IMG/VR virus record: IMGVR_UViG_3300021426_000040
Length of the DNA: 37,706 bases
Direction: 5' to 3' (one strand)
DNA from: a virus
The translations under genes and the position numbers were made by a program. The first letter of the stretch is position 1, and every line of letters begins with the position of its first letter. Below the pieces are notes generated by a model. It saw only the letters and a program-made list of their open reading frames with translations, ran no database searches and was not told the DNA's origin. This document shows, in pieces, positions 1 to 5,069 of this stretch.

Positions 1-127
1 TGCTGTTGATCTCCCTGTACAGGACGTTCTTCGACTCGTTTGTGTAGACATCGAAAGTTATGTCATTCATCTTGTGTCCGAGAACCTTCTTGCGCACGTA
101 GATGTTTACGCTGTTAAGCTGGCACAG
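1..127. repeat. Terminal overlap copy 1 (identical to 37580-37706), a circular-assembly redundancy
   Basis: Base-by-base comparison of the two window ends. The overlap lies inside the integrase coding sequence. Confidence 0.95.
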
Positions 128-1120
128 CGATGCGAACGTCTTTCTCGTGTCATGCATAGTGTGGCTGGTGCCAAGCGCATCATTAACGGATGCAAGCATC
201 TTGCTGAGGCGGCTGTAGCTGCAGTCGATAAGCCTGTCTCCTTCCTTAAGCAGCTCCTCGACGACATAGCCCTTGATGTCATCGTGTATCGGTATCACCC
301 TGTTCCTACCAGCCTCCGTCTTGGAGCCGGCTACGAGGTAGCTGATTGTCATTTCATTTCCGTCATCGCTGCATGCCTCGTCAATATGGACTGCATCCCT
401 GCTGATCCCAATAAGCTCGGATGCCCTGCAACCCGTATAGATGTAGATGAGGATGAGATGAGCCTCGGGAGTGTCCAGCTCCTTCAGCCTTCGTATCTCG
501 TCTATCGAGAAGGGATAATGCTTGTCCGACTGGCTGAATCCAGCCACCCTGATGTATGATGTATAGTCAGAGTCTCTTGAGATGTACTGGTGGATAACTG
601 CATACTCGAATATCTTCGAGCAAAGAGCCTTCATGTGGACCTGCGTGCCATTTGCTGAGCCGTCCCTGTCAAAGATATCCTGGAGGTCAGCAAGCGTGAT
701 CGTGTCAATCCTCCTGTTATGGATTGAACTGAAGCGCTTGATCCATGCTCTATACCCCCTCCTTGCGGATTCTGAGAGGCCGGAAAGGTCCTCCTCGCTT
801 ATGATCTCGAATATCTCCAGGAACGTTGGCACCTTCCTCCTTGTTGCGTCCATGATGCGGTCATAGAGGTCTGGCGCCACTGCGTCAGCCTCATCCCTGG
901 ATATCTTCCTTGACTTCGTGAGCGAATAGATCGAGAGGGCATTGAGCGCCTCCTCCCTCGTCTCGAATGTCCCTATGCTTACCTGCTTCTTCTTTCCTGT
1001 TATTATATCTCTTTCATCACTCATTATACGAGCACAGTAGGGCTTTCTTCTCTTTCCCGATAATTTAACCACGGTACCTGTATTGTTCGGCCTGCGTCTG
1101 AATCTTGCGTTTCTAGGCAT
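1..1120 (-). CDS. int: Tyrosine recombinase / phage integrase, truncated by the window start. Its last codons (..NSMRI) and stop are at 37569-37579 once the circle is closed, giving about 376 aa.
   Basis: This minus-strand ORF is absent from the supplied track because it runs off the window. ATG at 1120-1118 with a weak SD (AAAGGACGTG) upstream. Translation begins MPRNARFRRRPNNTGTVVKLSGKRRKPYCARI (arm-type N-terminal domain). It contains HTMHDTRKTFASL (HxxR) and LGHKMNDITFDVYTN (H..Y). Confidence 0.9.
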   Translation of the reverse strand, partial: MPRNARFRRRPNNTGTVVKLSGKRRKPYCARIMSDERDIITGKKKQVSIGTFETREEALNALSIYSLTKSRKISRDEADAVAPDLYDRIMDATRRKVPTFLEIFEIISEEDLSGLSESARRGYRAWIKRFSSIHNRRIDTITLADLQDIFDRDGSANGTQVHMKALCSKIFEYAVIHQYISRDSDYTSYIRVAGFSQSDKHYPFSIDEIRRLKELDTPEAHLILIYIYTGCRASELIGISRDAVHIDEACSDDGNEMTISYLVAGSKTEAGRNRVIPIHDDIKGYVVEELLKEGDRLIDCSYSRLSKMLASVNDALGTSHTMHDTRKTFASLCQLNSVNIYVRKKVLGHKMNDITFDVYTNESKNVLYREINS

Positions 1121-1147
1121 AATATGACACGTCCTTTCAGTTGTAAT

Positions 1148-1177
1148 TTGCCTTAAACGTGCCAATCGTGATATTAT
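1148..1177 (+). promoter_or_regulatory. Candidate sigma-A promoter: TTGCCT, 18-nt spacer, TGaTATTAT (extended -10)
   Basis: TTGCCT at 1148-1153, TG at 1169-1170, TATTAT at 1172-1177. It is divergent from int. Confidence 0.35.
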
Positions 1178-1211
1178 TGAGTACGTAAAAGGACTTTATG
1201 TGATAGTTTCT

Positions 1212-1239
1212 TTTATATGAGGTATTGATAGTACCTCAA
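1212..1239 (-). promoter_or_regulatory. Candidate int promoter: TTGAGG, 16-nt spacer, TATAAA (read on the minus strand)
   Basis: -35 at 1239-1234 and -10 at 1217-1212, about 90 nt upstream of the int ATG. Confidence 0.3.
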
Positions 1240-1243
1240 TCTT

Positions 1244-1277
1244 ACTCTCCTGTTGGTAGCAGGGGAGTTTTTTATTT
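1244..1277 (+). terminator. Intrinsic terminator with no upstream plus-strand gene
   Basis: 9-bp stem ACTCTCCTG / CAGGGGAGT (one G.U pair), 7-nt loop, followed by TTTTTATTT. Confidence 0.6.
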
Positions 1278-1281
1278 GCAT

Positions 1282-1314
1282 AAAGCAAAAGCCCCTTATC
1301 TTTTGATAAGGAGC
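1282..1314 (-). terminator. Intrinsic terminator downstream of the S24 remnant
   Basis: Stem CCTTATC-tttt-GATAAGG, extended by GC pairs. The minus-strand RNA continues UUUUGCUUU. Confidence 0.45.
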
Positions 1315-1403
1315 TTTACTAACCGCATCAGGTGCAGTCATTTCTGTTCCTTATCATTATATACATCAAAAAAGATTTTATCAATGCTTTTTAAATCCAC
1401 ATC

Positions 1404-1631
1404 TTATATTACATCACTTTGAAAAGCGACGGCTCTTCCGATAACCCTAACTTGATTCAACTGCTCACCAGTAAGGATTATATCCTGATACTTTGGATTC
1501 TCAGGCTTTAGAATAACTAGATTCTGTTCACGATAGTAGAAGAATCTTTTTAGTGTAGCCTCATCATCAATGATCACTACAGCAATCGCTCCATTTTCTA
1601 CTATGTCTGTTTTCTTCCATCTTTCCTCCAA
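1404..1631 (-). pseudogene. Remnant of a LexA/CI-type repressor: only the C-terminal part of an S24 peptidase domain
   Basis: The 75-codon ORF ..ATLKRFFYYREQNLVILKPENPKYQDIILTGEQLNQVRVIGRAV.. aligns with the C-terminus of the intact repressor at 2755-3399 (..ATCKKFRQGETFIQLIPMNPSYDPIVIDLNNTNFRVIGIL..). It has no HTH and no Ser (GDSM) motif. Its only start is a TTG buried in a GGAGG, and a terminator lies directly upstream. Confidence 0.6.
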
Positions 1632-1633
1632 AC

Positions 1634-1661
1634 AAAAAACACCAGCTTTCTAGGCTAGTGT
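1634..1661 (-). terminator. Strong intrinsic terminator, best on the minus strand
   Basis: Minus-strand RNA forms ACACUAGC-cuagaaa-GCUGGUGU (8 bp with one G.U) followed by UUUUUGUU. On the plus strand the same stem has a C.A mismatch. Confidence 0.65.
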
Positions 1662-1830
1662 TTTTAATGAGTGCTAGCGAGTGCATCAGATGACTGACCA
1701 CTCCACCCATAGGATACTTGATGCGTCCCCTCCAGGGTCATGGCTGAGCAGGCCAGGGGATACGGTGCTAGCTCCGTATTCGCTTTCTTGCGAACATGTT
1801 ATTATTAACACTAGTGATATTCAGTTGTAA
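1634..1830 (-). ncRNA. Candidate ~195-nt structured non-coding RNA
   Basis: Bounded by a candidate promoter (1837-1865) and the terminator (1634-1661). A GC-rich core at about 1670-1795 sits in AT-rich surroundings. It contains helices GCATCA/TGATGC, TCCCCT/AGGGGA, TTCGC/GCGAA and a duplicated GTGCTAGC. No ORF has an SD. Confidence 0.25.
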
Positions 1831-1836
1831 AGCATT

Positions 1837-1865
1837 ATTATATTTTTTTGGATCCTAGAATTCAT
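1837..1865 (-). promoter_or_regulatory. Candidate promoter: ATGAAT, 17-nt spacer, TATAAT (read on the minus strand)
   Basis: Consensus -10 TATAAT at 1842-1837 and a weak -35 at 1865-1860. Confidence 0.3.
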
Positions 1866-1911
1866 TTATGGCCATTAGGCACAGCATAAAACGCCTTCAT
1901 GGGTAAAATAT

Positions 1912-1935
1912 TGTGTTCTTAAATGTGTTCTTAAA
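1912..1935. repeat. Perfect tandem duplication of the 12-mer TGTGTTCTTAAA
   Basis: 1912-1923 is identical to 1924-1935. Confidence 0.9.
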
Positions 1936-1993
1936 TATTATCTTTAGTTATGTAGAACATTGCACTACGCTGTAATTAATCTAAATTACAGGT

Positions 1994-2077
1994 AAAATGA
2001 AAGAGCCCTCACAGGGAGGACTCTTCTTCAGTGGCGCAATGGCCGTTGTGTTTAACAGTGGCGTATAGCCGTTGTTC
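1994..2077 (-). ncRNA. Candidate ~80-nt small RNA carrying two tandem ~25-nt repeats, directly downstream of the MazF-like gene
   Basis: Near-consensus promoter at 2084-2112. Repeats TTGAACAACGGCTATACGCCACTG and TTAAACACAACGGCCATTGCGCCACTG (minus-strand reading, 2079-2029). Terminator hairpin AGAGTCCTC-cctgt-GAGGGCTCT plus TTCATTTT at 2024-1994. Confidence 0.35.
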
Positions 2078-2079
2078 AA
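2029..2079. repeat. Two imperfect tandem direct repeats of 27 and 24 bp
   Basis: Plus strand: CAGTGGCGcaatgGCCGTTGTgTTtAA followed by CAGTGGCGtataGCCGTTGTTcAA. Confidence 0.85.
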
Positions 2080-2083
2080 CTGT

Positions 2084-2112
2084 ATATTATCCTATAACTG
2101 AAGATTTGTCAA
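2084..2112 (-). promoter_or_regulatory. Near-consensus sigma-A promoter: TTGACA, 17-nt spacer, TAATAT
   Basis: -35 TTGACA at 2112-2107 and -10 TAATAT at 2089-2084. It begins 29 nt after the toxin stop codon. Confidence 0.5.
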
Positions 2113-2140
2113 TCCCCTTGATTTACCTGGCTTTTGCCAC

Positions 2141-2674
2141 TTATTTCTTATTTGATTTATCTTTTACAAATAGCTCAATTAACTTAGATTCAATCAAATC
2201 AAGTATCAGGTCATCAGCAATCAATTTCTTTAGTGGGTCATATTTACTTGTTGGTGGTAGGATTTTGTATTTACTTATCGTTGTAATGTTCTGAACAAGA
2301 GCGTAGGACCTCTTATTCTTTTTGATATACATTTCGGCAATATCTTTTAATTCGTTCAGGTTTTTCGTTACTTGATTAATATCTTCTTCGTTATATTGCA
2401 GTCCGTTGTCATCTAGATCTTGGAATATTCTTGTGAATTCTTCTAGTTGACTAATGAGTAATGGGAATATTTGTTTGGATACTATGTTTCCGACATCTAA
2501 ATAATACGCTTTATTCTTAGAACTCAACGGAACGACTGTAAGAACACCATTTCCTGGTGAATCTTTCTTTGTAAGGACAATCGCGAAATGCTTTCCTCTT
2601 AGTTCGCTTCCTGTTGAAGGATTGAAGTTAACAAGGATAATTTGTCCTCTTTTGTACTTTTGAAACCTAGTCAT
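2141..2674 (-). CDS. PemK/MazF-fold toxin-like protein (177 aa) with a ~55-60 aa helical insertion and no adjacent protein antitoxin
   Basis: SD AAGAGGT lies 6 nt before the ATG at 2674, so the track start at 2710 is unlikely. KRGQIILVNFNPSTGSELRGKHFAIVL, LTVVPLSS, SYALVQNITTISKYKI and IADDLILDLIESKLIELF match MazF/EndoA blocks ([43 protein letters not shown]). Confidence 0.7.
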   Translation of the reverse strand: MTRFQKYKRGQIILVNFNPSTGSELRGKHFAIVLTKKDSPGNGVLTVVPLSSKNKAYYLDVGNIVSKQIFPLLISQLEEFTRIFQDLDDNGLQYNEEDINQVTKNLNELKDIAEMYIKKNKRSYALVQNITTISKYKILPPTSKYDPLKKLIADDLILDLIESKLIELFVKDKSNKK

Positions 2675-2754
2675 GAATTTACCTCTTTTTTTGAAATGAT
2701 GATTTGTCAAATTTAAAAACGCTTAGCTGTTTGTAAAGCTGTTTTATAAAATCC

Positions 2755-3399
2755 CTAGAACTCCTTTATGGCCCTCTTGAGGATGCCGATCACGCGAAAG
2801 TTTGTGTTGTTCAGGTCAATTACAATGGGATCGTAGCTGGGATTCATGGGAATGAGCTGGATGAAGGTCTCGCCCTGCCTGAACTTCTTGCATGTCGCTA
2901 TGCCGTCGTCTATGCAGAACGAACCGATCTGTCCGCTCTCTATTGAGCTGGACTTCTTGAATATGAGAAGGTCTCCGTCGTTTATGCCGGCATTGATCAT
3001 GGAGTCACCGCTTGCGATCTGGGCGAAGTAATCGGATTCGGAGCCGGCAAGCCCGTTGGAAACGACCTCTATCATATCGACAAGGTTGTCATCAACGAAC
3101 ATGCCGTTTCCACATGAGATGTCACCATATAGCGGAATGGTGATGAATGAGATGGGATGCGGTGCGCTGAGGTTGGATGGCTTGTTTTCAACTAGATCAG
3201 ATTTTTCTATTCCAAAATAATTGGCAAGCATTTCAATCTTGTCTATTCGCGGATATGTTTTAGCGTTGAGCCAATCTGCCAAAGTTGTATAAGCAATACC
3301 TAAAGAAGACGATAATTGATTTCTTGAAACATTGTTCTTGTTCATATAGTACTTGAGATTATTAGCCATTGTTTTCTTATTTCCTAGATTATTATTCAT
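2755..3399 (-). CDS. CI/LexA-like prophage repressor: N-terminal XRE HTH plus C-terminal S24 peptidase
   Basis: HTH: NVSRNQLSSSLGIAYTTLADWLNAKTYP. S24: SGDSM (Ser), CKKF (Lys), and a candidate cleavage site in GLAGSE. SD GAGGTG lies 6 nt before the ATG at 3399; the track GTG at 3408 is part of the SD. Confidence 0.85.
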   Translation of the reverse strand: MNNNLGNKKTMANNLKYYMNKNNVSRNQLSSSLGIAYTTLADWLNAKTYPRIDKIEMLANYFGIEKSDLVENKPSNLSAPHPISFITIPLYGDISCGNGMFVDDNLVDMIEVVSNGLAGSESDYFAQIASGDSMINAGINDGDLLIFKKSSSIESGQIGSFCIDDGIATCKKFRQGETFIQLIPMNPSYDPIVIDLNNTNFRVIGILKRAIKEF

Positions 3400-3417
3400 A
3401 AAGTTCACCTCAAGATA

Positions 3418-3446
3418 ATATTATGTTATACACGTAATAAATTCAA
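3418..3446 (-). promoter_or_regulatory. Candidate repressor-maintenance promoter: TTGAAT, 17-nt spacer, TAATAT
   Basis: -35 at 3446-3441 and -10 at 3423-3418. The predicted start falls at the SD, giving a very short leader. Confidence 0.35.
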
Positions 3447-3463
3447 TAAAAATAGAATAAATT

Positions 3464-3476
3464 ACGGAAATACCGT
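3464..3476. promoter_or_regulatory. Operator-like site O1, ACGGAAATACCGT (ACGG-N5-CCGT)
   Basis: Imperfect copy of the 13-bp palindrome. It abuts the -35 of the rightward promoter. Confidence 0.5.
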
Positions 3477-3503
3477 TGACATTACGGTTAAACCGTATAT
3501 AAT
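3476..3503 (+). promoter_or_regulatory. Early rightward promoter (PR-like): TTGACA, 16-nt spacer, TATAAT
   Basis: TTGACA at 3476-3481 and TATAAT at 3498-3503. The spacer is almost entirely the operator palindrome. Confidence 0.65.
3483..3497. promoter_or_regulatory. Operator O2, TACGGTTAAACCGTA (perfect 15-bp palindrome)
   Basis: Lies within the spacer of the PR-like promoter. Confidence 0.65.
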
Positions 3504-3540
3504 GAATGGTGTAAGAGAGATACAAAACGATATAAAAAAA

Positions 3541-3583
3541 GAAGATTACTATAATCGAGATCGAAATCAACCTAGTAATCTTC
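3541..3583. repeat. Perfect 11-bp inverted repeat GAAGATTACTA / TAGTAATCTTC with a 21-nt spacer, in the cro leader
   Basis: 3541-3551 is the reverse complement of 3573-3583. Confidence 0.85.
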
Positions 3584-3687
3584 AAAATCAAAATCACCAT
3601 CGGTAAATGATACATCATTAACCTTGGCTTTGTTATTATACCATTGTTTATGTATCGTCTCAATAATAAATAAAGGGGGTGTAGATA

Positions 3688-3903
3688 TTGAATTCGATTG
3701 AAAAATATACACTTAAGACTGCGAGAGAAAAAGCTGGACTAAAGCAAAGCGAAGCAGCTGAAGAATTAAACATTAGTGTAGATACTCTTTCAAACTACGA
3801 AAGAGGAAAAACGTATCCAGATGTTCTATTAATCAAAAAGATAGAAGATTTATACAACGTTAATTACAATCAAATTATTTTTTTGAACAAAAATAACGGT
3901 TAA
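3688..3903 (+). CDS. Cro-like XRE-family HTH regulator (71 aa, TTG start)
   Basis: SD AAAGGGGGTG 6-7 nt upstream. HTH: LKQSEAAEELNISVDTLSNYERGKTYP. It is divergent from the repressor. Confidence 0.8.
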   Translation: MNSIEKYTLKTAREKAGLKQSEAAEELNISVDTLSNYERGKTYPDVLLIKKIEDLYNVNYNQIIFLNKNNG

Positions 3904-3908
3904 ACCGT
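3896..3908. promoter_or_regulatory. Operator O3, ACGGTTAAACCGT, an exact copy of the O2 core
   Basis: Overlaps the cro stop codon (3901-3903), 24 nt before the antirepressor ATG. Confidence 0.55.
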
Positions 3909-3931
3909 AATTTAAATATTGGAGGCAGTAC

Positions 3932-4678
3932 ATGAATAGTTTGCAAGTATTTAAAAATAATGAATTTCAAATCAAAGCAGTATTGATTGAAGAAGAGCCA
4001 CATTTTCTAGGAAGTGAAGTGGCTAAAATGTTAGGTTACTCAAACCCTCAAAAAGCTATTAGAGACCATATTGATGAAGAAGATAAGCTGACTGAACGAA
4101 TCGTTCTGTCAGGTCAAAACAGAGAAGCCGTCCTCATCAACGAATCAGGTCTCTATTCACTGATTCTCTCGTCAAAGCTTGAAAGTGCAAAACGCTTTAA
4201 ACGATGGGTCACTAGCGAGGTGCTCCCACAAATTAGAAAAAGTGGTGCTTATCTTACTGATGAAAAAGCCTATGACATCACTCACAATCCCAACTCACTG
4301 GCTGATTTGCTTCTTCAGGCTGGTGAACAGCTGAAGAAAAAGGACATCGTAATTAATGAAATGAAGCCCAAGGCACTTTTCGCTGATGCGGTGGCAAGCT
4401 CGCATACGTCTATTCTTGTAGGTGACCTTGCAAAGCTCATCAAGCAAAACGGATATGACATCGGACAGAACAGACTGTTCGCTTGGATGAAGGACAATGG
4501 CTACCTGATCAAGGGCGGAGACAGAAAGAACATGCCGACACAAAAGTCCATGGAGCTTGGACTGTTTGAAGTGAAGGAAAGAACAATTGCCAATCCCGAC
4601 GGAAGTGTAAGAATCACCAGAACACCTAAGGTAACTGGCAAGGGCCAGCAGTATTTCATTAATAAGTTCCTTCAATAA
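3932..4678 (+). CDS. Phage antirepressor with an N-terminal Bro-N domain and a C-terminal KilAC/ANT domain
   Basis: SD GGAGG. N-terminal FQIKAVLIEEEPHFLGSEVAKMLGYSNPQKAIRDHIDEEDK. C-terminal ALFADAVASSHTSILVGDLAKLIKQNGYDIGQNRLFAWMKDNGYL. Confidence 0.8.
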   Translation: MNSLQVFKNNEFQIKAVLIEEEPHFLGSEVAKMLGYSNPQKAIRDHIDEEDKLTERIVLSGQNREAVLINESGLYSLILSSKLESAKRFKRWVTSEVLPQIRKSGAYLTDEKAYDITHNPNSLADLLLQAGEQLKKKDIVINEMKPKALFADAVASSHTSILVGDLAKLIKQNGYDIGQNRLFAWMKDNGYLIKGGDRKNMPTQKSMELGLFEVKERTIANPDGSVRITRTPKVTGKGQQYFINKFLQ

Positions 4679-4690
4679 GAGGTGATAACA

Positions 4691-4951
4691 ATGGATGAAT
4701 GGAGTATCAGCGTTGATGAAGTAATGAGAATCACGCACAAGTCGCGTGAGTTCATAATCAATGCGATTGAGAACGGATCGTTCCCTGGAAGCTTCACGAA
4801 GACAAAGAACGGCACGCGATGCGTGCACATTCCTCGAAAGGCGTTCGAGGAGTACATGAACCACTTCTACAGGAAGACAAGTGATGAGCTGATCATTGCT
4901 CTTGTAGACGAGCTGACAAGAAAAAAAGCTATAGGAGGACAACGGAAATGA
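4691..4951 (+). CDS. Small HTH DNA-binding protein, excisionase-like (HTH_17-like)
   Basis: SD AAGAGGTG lies 6 nt before the ATG at 4691. Contains VDEVMRITHKSREFIINAIENGSFPG...RCVHIPRKAFEEYM. Confidence 0.55.
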   Translation: MDEWSISVDEVMRITHKSREFIINAIENGSFPGSFTKTKNGTRCVHIPRKAFEEYMNHFYRKTSDELIIALVDELTRKKAIGGQRK

Positions 4952-5052
4952 AACTGACAAGAAGAGGAAAGATCACAATCGCAATCTTCTGGATCATGAT
5001 TTACTGTTTGGCATGCTGTCTCAATGCAAATGCCGACTGGTGGATATGGTAG
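4948..5052 (+). CDS. 34-aa hydrophobic peptide, below the track threshold
   Basis: SD GGAGGA 8 nt upstream, with an ATGA start/stop overlap with the preceding gene. Sequence: MKLTRRGKITIAIFWIMIYCLACCLNANADWWIW. Confidence 0.45.
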   Translation: MKLTRRGKITIAIFWIMIYCLACCLNANADWWIW

Positions 5053-5069
5053 GAAGGAGGAAAAAAGCA

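Larger units (their letters stand above)
1184..1277 (+). ncRNA. Candidate ~90-nt small RNA between the promoter at 1148-1177 and the intrinsic terminator at 1244-1277
   Basis: No ORF with an SD lies in this interval. It has an internal hairpin GAGGTA-ttgatag-TACCTC and then the terminator hairpin. Confidence 0.25.

Noticed and set aside
1-127. The 127-bp end duplication as true phage direct terminal repeats or duplicated att sites
   Set aside because: The repeat lies wholly inside the int coding sequence, and the ORF reads seamlessly across the junction. This is typical of the assembly overlap of a circular molecule.
74-866. Track ORFs 74-559 (+) and 582-866 (+)
   Set aside because: They lie antisense to the integrase reading frame, which shows clear tyrosine-recombinase motifs. 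They have no SD and unremarkable sequence.
1225-1422. Track ORF 1225-1422 (+), 65 aa
   Set aside because: It runs through two terminator hairpins, has no SD and has a low-complexity translation.
1681-1689. Hammerhead-like CUGAUG motif on the minus strand
   Set aside because: The sequence is CUGAUGC rather than CUGAUGA, and I could not find the GAAA / stem III partner, so there is no complete ribozyme core.
1912-2079. Short tandem repeats considered as a CRISPR array
   Set aside because: There are only two adjacent copies with no spacers and no cas genes, so this is not a CRISPR architecture.
2031-2294. Track ORF 2031-2294 (+), 87 aa
   Set aside because: It is antisense to the 3' end of the MazF-like gene and crosses the repeat and promoter region. 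It has a GTG start without an SD.
3421-3663. Track ORF 3421-3663 (-), 80 aa
   Set aside because: It occupies the divergent operator-promoter region. Its translation is low-complexity and Ile/Phe-rich because of AT-rich DNA, and it has no SD.
3883-3915. A dedicated promoter for the antirepressor around operator O3
   Set aside because: TTGAAC is present, but the best -10-like hexamer is 21 nt away. The antirepressor is more likely transcribed from the PR-like promoter through cro.
4295-4960. Track ORF 4295-4960 (-), 221 aa
   Set aside because: It is antisense to the antirepressor and Xis-like genes, which have SDs and recognisable domains. This is an antisense open frame of a kind common opposite real genes.
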